Positions 42,851 to 52,550 of a stretch of DNA of 64,000 bases are shown piece by piece. Numbering within the stretch: position 1 is the first letter of the stretch; every line of letters starts with the position of its first letter. The position numbers and the translations under genes were made by a program. This DNA comes from Hyphomicrobiales bacterium (lineage in GTDB: Bacteria; Pseudomonadota; Alphaproteobacteria; Rhizobiales; CBDCVD01), in assembly GCA_965222955.1 (NCBI GenBank), contig OZ244974.1, forward strand, positions 2,077,940-2,141,939. The letters run 5' to 3'. Under the pieces are notes generated by a model, which was not told the DNA's origin, did not search any database, and saw nothing but the letters and a program-made list of their open reading frames with translations.

Positions 42851-43010
42851 GGTGTTCTCCCAAATTAACACAGATCATCTTCGTTAAGATCGCTTATCGC
42901 CACTTAACATCAAATCCGTCGGGATCGCAATGCCGGTGGCAACCATGCGGGTATAACTTTATACCCGCCGCGCGGAATAAAAGGCAAAGCGGAACATCTG
43001 CAAGCCCGGT

Positions 43011-43137
43011 TGAGATCTTCCAGCGGGTAGTTTTTCAAGGCGGCAGGTCCAACGTTCCCCCCTCTTGCGGCCGTGGCCGCGAGAAGGCCGGTTCGGGCCG
43101 TCCATCTGATAGTCCAGAGCGTGTCCTGTCTTAATAG
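43011..43137. repeat. E-like half element followed by a solo A-type terminus
   Basis: gagatcttccagcgggtag...ggccgtccatctgatag, then ccagagcgtgtcctgtcttaatag (43114..43137). The ispB TAA stop (43131..43133) lies inside this terminus. Confidence 0.65.
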
Positions 43138-44147
43138 CCGCGCGCGATACAAAAGTCGATAACCTCCAAAAGCGCCCGCTTGTGCGCGCTGTCGGCAAGC
43201 GGCGCCAGAGCGTCGCGGCTGATGGCACCGTAATGACGGGCGCGCTCCAGAGTATCCTCAATGGCGCGGTGGCTGCGCATGAACGCAACCGCCTGCTCCA
43301 TATCCCCCGGCCCGACTTCGCCGTCCACCAGCGTGCGTTCCCAGAAATTTCGCTGCGCGTCGGTGCCGCGCCGATAGGCAAGAACAACGGGAAGGGTAAT
43401 CTTGCCCTCGCGAAAATCATCGCCGGTGTTCTTGCCCATGGTCGCATGGGCGCCGCCGTAGTCAAGAGCATCGTCCACCAGTTGAAACGCCAGCCCCAGA
43501 TTGGCGCCATAGGAGCGAAGCGCCAATTGCCATACCCTGGGGGCGCCGGCAATAACCGCACCAACTTCCGCCGAGGCTGAAAACAGCGTGGCCGTCTTGG
43601 CGCCGATCACGGCCAGATAATCGTCCTCGGTGGTGGCGGTGTCCTTGGCGACGGACAATTGCATCACCTCGCCTTCGGCAATGACCGATGCTGCATGGGA
43701 GAGAATGGCAAGAGCGTCCAGGGATCCCACCTCCACCATCATCTTGAATGCCTGGCCCAGCAGATAATCCCCCACCAATACGCTCGCCTGGTTGCCCCAA
43801 AGCAACCGCGCCGCCTCCTTGCCCCGCCGCATATCGCTTTCGTCGATCACATCATCGTGCAGCAATGTAGCGGTATGCATGAACTCGACGCTCGCCGCCA
43901 GACTCACATGGCCATCGCCGCCATAGGCGCACATGGCGGCGCAGGCCAGGGTCAGCATGGGGCGGATGCGCTTGCCGCCCGAGGAGACCAGATGGCGCAC
44001 AATCTGCGGGATCATATCCACATGAGAGCCCGCCTTGGCCAGAATCAGCGCGTTAACGCGATCCATATCGGACTTGACGAGTTCCATCAGCGCCGTTAAC
44101 TCCGGTGCCTTGCTGGTGTGGGTTTCCATGGAAACGACTTTGCCCAT
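43131..44147 (-). CDS. ispB: Polyprenyl diphosphate synthase (IspB-like)
   Basis: Asp-rich motifs LLHDDVIDESDMRRG and DDALDY. ATG at 44147 preceded by GGGAG is preferred over the GTG at 44192. Confidence 0.88.
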   Translation of the reverse strand: MGKVVSMETHTSKAPELTALMELVKSDMDRVNALILAKAGSHVDMIPQIVRHLVSSGGKRIRPMLTLACAAMCAYGGDGHVSLAASVEFMHTATLLHDDVIDESDMRRGKEAARLLWGNQASVLVGDYLLGQAFKMMVEVGSLDALAILSHAASVIAEGEVMQLSVAKDTATTEDDYLAVIGAKTATLFSASAEVGAVIAGAPRVWQLALRSYGANLGLAFQLVDDALDYGGAHATMGKNTGDDFREGKITLPVVLAYRRGTDAQRNFWERTLVDGEVGPGDMEQAVAFMRSHRAIEDTLERARHYGAISRDALAPLADSAHKRALLEVIDFCIARGY

Positions 44148-44368
44148 TGCGGCTCCCGCCTGTTGTTTGCTGTACCGGTCAATTTGCGGCACTATAGTTT
44201 ATTGCCCGTTGTACGCAAGGCACAAAACACATCCCGGATGACACCGGCGTCAGGACGGGCTATGTTTGCGCTGTAGCGATCACGGCAAGCACCCGTGAAA
44301 CCGTCTGATCGCCGCCCCTGGCAAGAACCTGCTGAAAGATCACAGCCAGAACGTGTCATGATAACGTT

Positions 44369-44596
44369 ATGATAACATTGCTGCGTACAACCGATAATCT
44401 TACCATTAACTTCGTGCGCATGGTGCTCGAACAGGCAGGTATCGGCGTATTCGTCGCCGATACGGCAATCAGTGCGATGGAGGGAGGGATTGGCGCCTTT
44501 CCCTTGCGCTTGATGGTGCACGACGACGATGCCGCAGCGGCACGGCGCATTGTCGCCCAGGCCGGCTACGGCCACGAACTGATAGCCGACACCTGA
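44369..44596 (+). CDS. DUF2007-like small protein
   Basis: 75 aa; the pattern (N-terminal L..T.N......V...LE..GI, C-terminal ARRIL-like helix) recalls DUF2007; divergent from ispB. Confidence 0.55.
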   Translation: MITLLRTTDNLTINFVRMVLEQAGIGVFVADTAISAMEGGIGAFPLRLMVHDDDAAAARRIVAQAGYGHELIADT

Positions 44597-44629
44597 GTAC
44601 GATCTTGCAGCACGCTGCGCCTGGAACGG

Positions 44630-44746
44630 ACAAAGACGGACAAACCTGAAGGTACATCTCTTGCGTCCTTGCCGTCAGCAGGGCCGGCTCGGGCCATTCA
44701 TCTGCACCCGGTGGCGTTTTCGGGAACAACCTGTTGCAATTGCACA
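44630..44746. repeat. E-type partial element
   Basis: caaacctgaaggtacatctcttgcg...gggccattcatctgcaccc...cgggaacaacctgttgcaattgcac. Confidence 0.65.
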
Positions 44747-44781
44747 CCCAAGCCACGTACTGCCAAATTTGTGGGGCGATC

Positions 44782-45177
44782 ATGCTGCGTCTGGTCTGGA
44801 TCGGTGGAGGCATTACGGCGCTGGCCATCGGTGTGCTCGGCATTTTCCTGCCGCTCCTGCCAACCACGCCGTTTTTGCTGCTGGCGGCGTTTTGTTTCTC
44901 GCGCGGCTCGCGGCGTCTGCACAACTGGTTGCTAAACCACAAACTGCTCGGCCCGCCCATTCGCGACTGGAACCGCTGGGGCGCCATCGCGCCCGGCGCC
45001 AAGGCCGGCGCCATGATCGCCCTGATCGCGATTATCGCGCTAAGCCTGTTCGCCGGCGTCTCGCGCCTGGTCCTTGCTGTACAGATTGTGGTGCTCGCCG
45101 GCGTGGCGGCCTTTATTCTCAGCCGCCCCGCGCCGCCGAAAGACGCGCCCCGTGCCAGGCAAAATGATCGCTCATGA
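44782..45177 (+). CDS. ybaN: YbaN family inner membrane protein (DUF454)
   Basis: 131 aa from the ATG at MLRLVWIGGG; GIFLPLLPTTPFLLLAAFCFSRGSRRLHNWLL is the DUF454 signature. Confidence 0.85.
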   Translation: MLRLVWIGGGITALAIGVLGIFLPLLPTTPFLLLAAFCFSRGSRRLHNWLLNHKLLGPPIRDWNRWGAIAPGAKAGAMIALIAIIALSLFAGVSRLVLAVQIVVLAGVAAFILSRPAPPKDAPRARQNDRS

Positions 45178-45970
45178 ACGTCGCAATGAAATAATACGAG
45201 TGATCATACCCCTCGCGCATATTGAGTTGCAGGGTGATCCCCGCTTCTTTACAGGCGCGTTGCAGGCGTTTTGGCTGCAACTGTTCGTCAAGAAACGGAT
45301 CGGCGCTTCCCTGATCCACCAGAATATCTGTCACCCGCGCCCCGTCCTCGACAAGCGCGCACGCATCATAGGCCCGCCAGGAGCGCCTGTCGGCGCCCAG
45401 ATAATGGCCCAGCGCCTTTTGCCCCCAAGGAACCTCCATAGGCGCCACAATGGGTGCAAAGGCCGATACCGATCTGTAAATATGGGAGTTTTTCAGGGCG
45501 ATGGTAAGCGCCCCGTGGCCGCCCATGGAGTGCCCGCACAACCCTTGACGCGCCATATCGGCGGGGAAATTCTCGCCAATCAAGCCGGGCAGTTCCCCGG
45601 TAATATAGGAATACATGCGGTAATGGCGGGCGTAGGGCTCTTGCGTCGCGTCCAGGTAAAAACCGGCCCCCAAGCCGAAATCATAGGCCCCCTGGGGATC
45701 ATCGGGCACCTCATCGCCGCGCGGGCTGGTATCGGGCAAAACCGCCATGATACCGTGTTCGGTGCAGCAGCGCTGAATGCCGGCCTTTTCCATCGCATTG
45801 GCGTGGGTGCAGGTAAGGCCGGAAAGGTATGTTAGCACCGGTACCGGACCGTGATGCGCCTGGGGTGGCACAAAGACAGCAAATGTCATGGTTCCGCCGG
45901 TCTGGCTGGCGATGTGACGGTAAACACCTTGTACGCCGTCAAACGATTTCTGCTCTGATACGATTTCCAT
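45119..45970 (-). CDS. fghA: S-formylglutathione hydrolase / esterase D
   Basis: 283 aa from the ATG at MEIVSEQKSFDG; YLSGLTCT and GHSMGGHGAL motifs. The upstream ORF extension lies in a repeat. Confidence 0.92.
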   Translation of the reverse strand: MEIVSEQKSFDGVQGVYRHIASQTGGTMTFAVFVPPQAHHGPVPVLTYLSGLTCTHANAMEKAGIQRCCTEHGIMAVLPDTSPRGDEVPDDPQGAYDFGLGAGFYLDATQEPYARHYRMYSYITGELPGLIGENFPADMARQGLCGHSMGGHGALTIALKNSHIYRSVSAFAPIVAPMEVPWGQKALGHYLGADRRSWRAYDACALVEDGARVTDILVDQGSADPFLDEQLQPKRLQRACKEAGITLQLNMREGYDHSYYFIATFMSDHFAWHGARLSAARGG

Positions 45971-45993
45971 GTTTACTCTTTCCTGTCTGATCT

Positions 45994-46599
45994 GTTGAAT
46001 GTGAAAAAGTCCCTCGGCTTCGCCTCGGTCTACTTTTCCCAATAAAATAAGGACAAATCAGTCCCTGGAGCGGCCCGGCGAACTGATACCAGCGGTATTG
46101 GCCTTTTGTACGCGCTGACTTGTGTATCGTGCTGATAAGACAACGGTTGTAAACCAGGTCAGGAGTCAAACGCAAAGCCCCTGGTTGTGATCTTTCAGCA
46201 GGTTGTTCCCGGGACAGGCAAACCGGACGTGACACCGCTTAACACTCTTGCCGCCAGAAAGGCCATACCGGGCCATTCATCTGATCATCGCTTTTTTTCG
46301 ATTTCTCCAGCGCTGTCAAGGGTTTAGGAACCGCTGAAAGCGGCGCGAAGCGCCCTTGACAGCGCTGGAGAAATCGAACACCTCCAATGATCAGATGGAT
46401 GGCCAGCAGCACCCGACGGGGATTTCGAGAACAACCTGCTGACAGGCCACACCCGGGCTTTACGCGCAAATGCGCCAAAACCTTGCAATAAGCCCAAGCG
46501 GAAACAAAGCGCCGCGCCTTCTCGGTCTCAGTTTTCTCATTGTTTTAAATGAAGAAAAGTCCACACAAGCGGAGCAAAGGACTTTTCTTCACGATCAAC
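45994..46599. mobile_element. Long-TIR element (reverse orientation) with nested B, E and G elements
   Basis: gttgaatgtgaaaaagtccctcggcttcgcctcgg...(B 46086..46185)(E 46187..46450 containing G 46281..46393)...acttttcttcacgatcaac. Confidence 0.8.
46281..46393. repeat. G-type palindrome with perfect 25-bp arms
   Basis: tcgatttctccagcgctgtcaaggg (46298..46322) and cccttgacagcgctggagaaatcga (46353..46377), with a 30-nt spacer holding small inner hairpins. Flanked by ctgatcat / atgatcag of the host E element. Confidence 0.85.
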
Positions 46600-46839
46600 C
46601 GATCTGCCGATTGCTAACGGAATATTAGGGCTCTTGTTGCGAATCCGCCACGCCTGAATTGAATTTTAACCCAACGCGCGCAATCCTGCCTTCATTACAT
46701 TCATGCGGGAAACTGTTGCGCAGAATCTTCCATTCCTGCACGGCCCTCCGGTTTTTGGGCGCCGCAGCGCATCCCGCGCCAGGCCCGAACGCCGATAGCA
46801 CCAGTATCGTCCCAGACCTTCAAGGCTTCGATCATTTCC

Positions 46840-47850
46840 ATGCTCAAACTGATAAATCTTGTCCTCGCAACCATCCTGTGGGTAAGCGCGCTTGCCCTGG
46901 CGCTCCTTGCAGTTATGGGCCTTCTTGGCTTCACCATGCCCCATTTCGACGGCATCAACAACTTCCGTCCCGTCATTGCCGCCGGGGCGCTGGTCCTGAT
47001 CCTGCTCGCCAGCCTGCTGCGCTTCCTGCCGGGCCGCTTCGCCAGCGCCGCCATGGGATTCATCGCACTACTGACAAGTCTGGTGACCATTGTTCCCGAA
47101 TATGCCAGTTCGCGCACCAATGGCGCCAGTGGAGACGAGAGTTGCAAATTCAGCATGCTCAACCTCTCTCTCGGTAACAATAGCGGCGAACCCGCCGCCC
47201 TGCCCGCCTATCTTGACGAGATACAGGCGGATTTCGTCGCCATTCATGGCGCCAGCCGCCTTGGCACGTCGCAATACGAACAGATCGGCAAAGCCTATGG
47301 CCACAGCGTCTCCTGCAGCGCCGAAAGGAATTGCGATCTGACACTGTTTTCCAGGCATACTCTCGCCAAACAACCGCTGAAGGACATCTCCCCTGATACC
47401 ATGCCGCCTTTGCTGCTGGCACGCGCCAAGACCGCGGCCACGTGCCAGCCGGTCACGTTGGCGGTGACACAACTCGCCTGGCCGGACGGCGATACAAAAC
47501 AAAGCGAGCAGATGATCGCGCTGGCAAGTACCATGCGCCGGCGTATCGAGACCGGCACCCATGTGGTGCTTGCGGGAAACTTTAACGCCACTCCGTGGTC
47601 CGTTGGCCTGTCGCAGTTTCCCCAGTGGGCGGGCCTGTCGCGCGCCACCTACGGGGTATTCACCTGGCCGGCGCGCCCGATAACGAAATACGCCGTGAAC
47701 GCACCGGCGTTTATGCCCCTTGATCACGTCTTTGTATCGCCGGGTTTGCGCGTGGTGGATGCCAATCGGGGCGAGGATGTGGGCGCCGATCACTATCCCG
47801 TCGTTACCACCATCGCTATCGCCGCCGATGCATCCGCGGCCGCGAACTGA
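46840..47850 (+). CDS. Endonuclease/exonuclease/phosphatase (EEP) family membrane protein
   Basis: 336 aa; three or four N-terminal TM helices, then EEP motifs (MLNLS, LAGNFNATPWS, PLDHVFVS, ADHYPV). Confidence 0.8.
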   Translation: MLKLINLVLATILWVSALALALLAVMGLLGFTMPHFDGINNFRPVIAAGALVLILLASLLRFLPGRFASAAMGFIALLTSLVTIVPEYASSRTNGASGDESCKFSMLNLSLGNNSGEPAALPAYLDEIQADFVAIHGASRLGTSQYEQIGKAYGHSVSCSAERNCDLTLFSRHTLAKQPLKDISPDTMPPLLLARAKTAATCQPVTLAVTQLAWPDGDTKQSEQMIALASTMRRRIETGTHVVLAGNFNATPWSVGLSQFPQWAGLSRATYGVFTWPARPITKYAVNAPAFMPLDHVFVSPGLRVVDANRGEDVGADHYPVVTTIAIAADASAAAN

Positions 47851-47986
47851 TCCGGCGTTCATACTGCCGCAACTGCGCCCTTGACTCAACACCTGCAAAC
47901 GGGGGAGTTAACGGTGTCGTTTGAGCAGCTCCCTCTCAAGGCGGCAGGTCTGAAGTCAGGATACGTGCGGCCATTACCGTCAGGGA

Positions 47987-48186
47987 GTTGAATGGGAAAA
48001 AGTCCCCTGGCTTCGCCTCGGTGTACTTTTTCCCCAATCAACATAAGGACAAATCAATCCCTGGGTGTGTAATTTCAGCAGATTGTTCCCAAAACAGGCA
48101 AACCGGAAGTGATACCTCTTGTGCCGTTGCCGCCAGGGAGGCCATACCGGGACAGGAGTTGAACGCAAAAGCCCCCTGGTATTAAC
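47987..48186. repeat. Composite of a long-TIR end, an E-type part and a B-type fragment
   Basis: gttgaatgggaaaaagtcccctggcttcgcctcgg..., then gtgtaatttcagcagattgttccc..., then ggacaggagttgaacgcaaaagccccctggtatta. Confidence 0.7.
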
Positions 48187-48228
48187 AGGGACCAGGTACA
48201 GAGCGCGGCACAGGGCGGGGATAGGCGC

Positions 48229-49110
48229 ATGGCGGGTGATTCGACCAGAGACGATCCAAGACGGTTGAGCGGTGATATTGGCGCCCTGACGGCCCTGTTG
48301 CGCGCCCTTTTGCGCGATACCCCCCAAGAGGTGGATTTTGACGCCGCCGATGCTTTCGTGTGGCATGAGCGCGCCGGCTTGAGCGCCGTGGCGCGCGTTA
48401 ATGCCATTGATCTGTCCCTGCTCATCGGTATCGATCATCAGCGCGATACGCTGCTTCGCAATACCAGACAATTCGTCGACGGATTTGCCGCCAACAACGC
48501 CCTGCTATGGGGGGCGCGCGGCATGGGAAAGTCGTCTTTGATCAAGGCCGTTCACGCCAATATCAATGGCGAATCACGGGCGCGGCGTCTGATTCTGATT
48601 GAAATTCATCGCGAGGATCTCGATACCCTGCCGCAACTGATGAACATCCTGCGCAATCACGACCGGCGGTATCTGGTCTATTGCGACGACCTTTCCTTCG
48701 ATCACGGTGATACGAGCTACAAATCGCTGAAGTCCGTGCTTGAGGGCGGCATCGAGGGACGTCCAGGCAATGTGCTGTTTTACGCCACCTCCAACCGGCG
48801 CCACTTGCTGGCGCGTGACATGATCGAAAACGAGCGCGCCGCGGCCATCAATGCCGGCGATGCGATCCAGGAAAAAGTCTCCCTGTCGGATCGTTTCGGC
48901 ATCTGGCTCGGATTCCATGCCTGCCCGCAAGAAACCTATCTGGCTATGGTGGGTGCTTACGCGCGGTATTTCGCCCTGGACATCGAAACTTCCACGTTGA
49001 ACGCCAAAGCCCTGCAATGGGCGCAAACGCGGGGAGCCCGTTCAGGACGCGTGGCCTGGCAGTTCATACAGGACCTCGCCGGCCGATTGAACCGTACACT
49101 ATCGCCATAG
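48229..49110 (+). CDS. DUF815-type ATP-binding protein
   Basis: 293 aa; Walker A LWGARGMGKSSLIKAV; DDLSFD; ATSNRRHL, typical of DUF815. Confidence 0.82.
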   Translation: MAGDSTRDDPRRLSGDIGALTALLRALLRDTPQEVDFDAADAFVWHERAGLSAVARVNAIDLSLLIGIDHQRDTLLRNTRQFVDGFAANNALLWGARGMGKSSLIKAVHANINGESRARRLILIEIHREDLDTLPQLMNILRNHDRRYLVYCDDLSFDHGDTSYKSLKSVLEGGIEGRPGNVLFYATSNRRHLLARDMIENERAAAINAGDAIQEKVSLSDRFGIWLGFHACPQETYLAMVGAYARYFALDIETSTLNAKALQWAQTRGARSGRVAWQFIQDLAGRLNRTLSP

Positions 49111-49176
49111 GCAAGGCCCGGGGTCGATACCCGGGCCGGAACCGTGCTCGTTGCCCTGAATACGGCTTGCGAATCA

Positions 49177-49388
49177 GTTGATCGTGAAGAAAGGTGTTTC
49201 GCTCCGCTCCATGTATTTTTCTTCATTTAAAACAATGAGAAAGTAAAGCTCAAGAAGGCGCGGCGCTTTGTTTTCGCCTGGGCTTATTGCAAGGTTTTGG
49301 CGCATTTGCGCGCAGTACCTTGCAACTTCCGATCATGATTGGTCACCATGGATGTCAAATCGTACCGAGGGACTTTTTCACATTCAAC
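49177..49388. mobile_element. Long-TIR element, short form without a B core
   Basis: gttgatcgtgaagaaaggtgtttcgctccgctcc...cgtaccgagggactttttcacattcaac; ends 3 nt from the nlpD-like stop. Confidence 0.75.
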
Positions 49389-49391
49389 TCA

Positions 49392-50945
49392 TCAAACGGG
49401 CGAGAGGTATTTCAGCGGGTCCACCGGTTTCATGCTGCGACGCAGTTCGAAATGCACCTGGGGTACCGAGACCGCGCCGGTACTGCCCGCTGTGGCGATT
49501 GTCTGGCCGCGTTTGACCGTATCGCCGCGTTTGACATGCAATTCCTCGTTGTGTCCATAGGCTGAAACCCAGCCATCGCTGTGGCGAATAAGGATCAGTT
49601 TGCCAAATGTTTTCAGTTCGGTACCGGCATAGACCACCGTGCCCTCCTTCGCTGCCTTGACGCTGGTGCCGGGGGGAACGGCGATATTAATGCCGTCATT
49701 CTTGTTTGCATTGGGCTGCTTGCCAAAGGCGGAAATTATACGTCCGCGAACCGGCCAGCGAAACAGGGCAAGACGGCTCTGGGGGTCTTCGCTCTTTCGC
49801 ACAACGGCTGCATCGGGGCTATCCCCGGCCTTTGCCGCCAGGGACTTGCGCTTGTCTGTTGAAACACGACGATCCTTGTCGACAGTCGAAGCCGACCTGA
49901 CAACGACTTTATCGCCCTCGCGACGCCCGTCCGTGGCCATGGAGACGTTCTTCGTCCTGTCAGGCTTGCCAGGCTTGCCAGGCTTACCGGGCGCCCTATC
50001 GGATACCATCGCAGTTTTGCGGGCATTTGCCGAAGACGTGTTGGCGTTCGCCAGTGCCTTCGCCGGGCGTTCTGCGGTGGCGGAATTGACAATCTGCGCA
50101 TGGCCGCGCACAAGAAGGGTGCGCCCGACGCGAAGAAATGTCGGATCACTCAGTCCATTGAGTTTGGCCAACTGGCTCACGGTCAGATTGTGGCGCCTGG
50201 CGATGCCGTAAGCGGTGTCGCCCGCAACCACCACATATTTGCCCGATGGACCGCTGCCGTTCAACGGTGCTGGCGCCTGCATTTTGGCAGCACCGGTAAA
50301 AGCGGCCAGGTTGTGGGGCTTTGGTGAGGGCGTCGCCAGAGCGACCTGCATTTTCCCGGCCGAATGTTCGGCCGCCGTTGCCGTATAGAGCGGCTCGGAA
50401 TCGGACTGTGGCAGCACATCATCGCTCAGCGATGATGCCGGCACAATAAGCCGCTGCCCCGCCTGCAGTCGGGCAGGATCATCCATGTTATTCGCCGCCG
50501 CCAGATCGGCAAGGGGCACATTGTTGCGGCGCGCAATCGAATACAGCGTATCCCCGGGCTCCACGATAACGGGTTTGTCGAAGGAATCGGAAAAATCACT
50601 CGTTCCCGACATCCTCCCTGCCGATTGCACGACCCCGTCACTGCCATCGGTATCGAACTGTCCGGCCGCCACCGCGCTCCGATCATATCCGTTGTCGCTT
50701 GCCGGGCCGAGGGGTCTTGCGGTAACCGCAGCAACCGTTGCACCGGATGCGGGCTTGCGCGGTTTTTCAACGATTACGGGAGCGTTGGGCGCATGTCCTG
50801 CGGTATCATAGGCAAAGCGCGATACGTCCGAACTGCACCCGCCGGCCGCGATAGCGGTGACAATGGCGATGGGCAAACCAAGACGGGGAGAGAATGATGC
50901 AAACACATAACTGCTGTTACGCAGAACTCTATTACGCATACGCAT
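49392..50945 (-). CDS. LysM domain-containing M23 peptidase family lipoprotein (NlpD-like)
   Basis: 517 aa; lipobox AAGGC; two LysM repeats (VEPGDTLYSIARRNNV, VVAGDTAYGIARRHNL); C-terminal M23 domain (GINIAVPPGT, HSDGWVSAYGHN). Canonical position after surE-pcm. Confidence 0.9.
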   Translation of the reverse strand: MRMRNRVLRNSSYVFASFSPRLGLPIAIVTAIAAGGCSSDVSRFAYDTAGHAPNAPVIVEKPRKPASGATVAAVTARPLGPASDNGYDRSAVAAGQFDTDGSDGVVQSAGRMSGTSDFSDSFDKPVIVEPGDTLYSIARRNNVPLADLAAANNMDDPARLQAGQRLIVPASSLSDDVLPQSDSEPLYTATAAEHSAGKMQVALATPSPKPHNLAAFTGAAKMQAPAPLNGSGPSGKYVVVAGDTAYGIARRHNLTVSQLAKLNGLSDPTFLRVGRTLLVRGHAQIVNSATAERPAKALANANTSSANARKTAMVSDRAPGKPGKPGKPDRTKNVSMATDGRREGDKVVVRSASTVDKDRRVSTDKRKSLAAKAGDSPDAAVVRKSEDPQSRLALFRWPVRGRIISAFGKQPNANKNDGINIAVPPGTSVKAAKEGTVVYAGTELKTFGKLILIRHSDGWVSAYGHNEELHVKRGDTVKRGQTIATAGSTGAVSVPQVHFELRRSMKPVDPLKYLSPV

Positions 50946-51036
50946 TGCTGACTCACACTGTTAAACGGGTATTAAAAGACATTCTACGAATGTGAGTATA
51001 GTAATGTTTACGTAAATAACTGATTAAACAACACAC

Positions 51037-51699
51037 TTAACCGATGATTAACGGCACGAAACGCACATCGGCGATGTGTCGCGTTGTCGGCTCATCGCCT
51101 GTGTTGGTGAGCACGCTCAAACGCTGGGTGGCATTCTCGGCGCCCAGGGGAATGACCATCCGCCCCCCCTCCTTCAGTTGCGATAGCAGCGCCTGAGGCG
51201 CAACCGTGGCCGCCGCCGTCACCATGATACAATCAAAGGGGGCGTGGGCCGGCGCGCCCGCCGAACCATCGCCGTGCACGAAAACAACATTGGTCAGACG
51301 AAGCTCCTTAAGCCGCAGTCTGGCCATGACATACAAATCGCGATGGCGCTCAATGGTAACAACATGACGGGCCAGTTCGGACAGTATGGCCGTCTGATAA
51401 CCCGAGCCGGTACCGATCTCCAGCACCCGGCTCGATTCCGACAATTGCGCCGCCTCGCTCATCAGGGCGACCACATGGGGGCTTGAAATGGTCTGCGCGC
51501 AATCGATCGGCAGGGCGTGGTCGCCGTATGCGAGATGGCTGTATTTCTCGTCCACAAACAGCCGCCTTGGCACCGCCTCCATCGCCCCCAGAACCCGCCG
51601 GTCGGTTATGCCGGCCGCACGCAGCTTCATGATCAGCGACATCACCTCAGCCGCATCGGCGCTATAGCGTTGCGGATCGAATGGTCCACGGGTGCGCAT
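51037..51699 (-). CDS. pcm: Protein-L-isoaspartate O-methyltransferase
   Basis: 220 aa; VLEIGTGSGYQTAIL SAM-binding motif; ISSPHVVA. Confidence 0.94.
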   Translation of the reverse strand: MRTRGPFDPQRYSADAAEVMSLIMKLRAAGITDRRVLGAMEAVPRRLFVDEKYSHLAYGDHALPIDCAQTISSPHVVALMSEAAQLSESSRVLEIGTGSGYQTAILSELARHVVTIERHRDLYVMARLRLKELRLTNVVFVHGDGSAGAPAHAPFDCIMVTAAATVAPQALLSQLKEGGRMVIPLGAENATQRLSVLTNTGDEPTTRHIADVRFVPLIIG

Positions 51700-51734
51700 A
51701 ACCCCTCAATCCTCCTGCACGCCTGCCTGAACCC

Positions 51735-52523
51735 TTAACCGCGGGCGCCGGTATCCCTGGCCCCCGGCAACGCATCGCGTACTCGGCTCAGGGCGTCGTA
51801 ATCGGTCATATCGAGCTTCAACGGCGTGACAGAAATATAATGCTCATCAATGGCCTGCAAGTCGGTTCCCTCGGCGCGCCGGTGCGCATGCCCCTGAAAC
51901 GCCAGCCAGTAGTAGGAGAAGTCCCGCCCGTCCCTGCGCTCGATCACATCCAAAAGCAACTGATCCCGATACCCCTGGCGGGTAATGCGAATCCCCTTCA
52001 CCGCATCGGGTTGACAGGCGGGAAAATTGATATTGACCAGCGTTCCACGATCGCGCCCGGCGGCCAGTAATGCGTCGATAATCGTCTTGGCGTGCCGCTG
52101 GGCAATGGCGTAGTCAAGAGTGTCGCGCGTCTTGCTCGTGTAGGCCTGGCTGAGAGCGATGGCGGGAACGCCAAAGGCCGCGCCTTCCATGGCGCCGGCA
52201 ACGGTGCCGGAATACAGAACGTCCTCGGCAATGTTCTGACCGCGATTGATGCCCGACAGAACCACATCGGGTGGCGCCTCTTTCAGCACATGTTGTACCG
52301 CCATGATGACGCAATCGGTGGGCGTGCCGCTGACGCAATAGCGGCGCTTATCGAGTTGGCGCAGGCGAAGCGGCTCCGATAGTGTCAGAGCGCGGGCAAT
52401 GCCGCTTTGGTCCGAGTCAGGCGCAATCGTCCAGACATCGTCGCTGATCTGGCGCGCGATTTCCTCCAGAACCGCCAGGCCGGGCGCTAAAATTCCGTCG
52501 TCGTTGGTGATCAATATGCGCAA
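51735..52523 (-). CDS. surE: 5'/3'-nucleotidase SurE
   Basis: 262 aa; MRILITNDDG, SGINRGQN and YSGTVAGAMEG. TTG start preceded by AAGGAG. Confidence 0.94.
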   Translation of the reverse strand: MRILITNDDGILAPGLAVLEEIARQISDDVWTIAPDSDQSGIARALTLSEPLRLRQLDKRRYCVSGTPTDCVIMAVQHVLKEAPPDVVLSGINRGQNIAEDVLYSGTVAGAMEGAAFGVPAIALSQAYTSKTRDTLDYAIAQRHAKTIIDALLAAGRDRGTLVNINFPACQPDAVKGIRITRQGYRDQLLLDVIERRDGRDFSYYWLAFQGHAHRRAEGTDLQAIDEHYISVTPLKLDMTDYDALSRVRDALPGARDTGARG

Positions 52524-52550
52524 ACCATGCCACTCCTTATGTTTGTTGTG

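Noticed and set aside
42945-42968. Perfect 9-bp stem gcgggtata/tatacccgc downstream of ispB, as a terminator
   Set aside because: It lies about 165 nt beyond the stop and has no adjacent U-run, so the evidence is insufficient.
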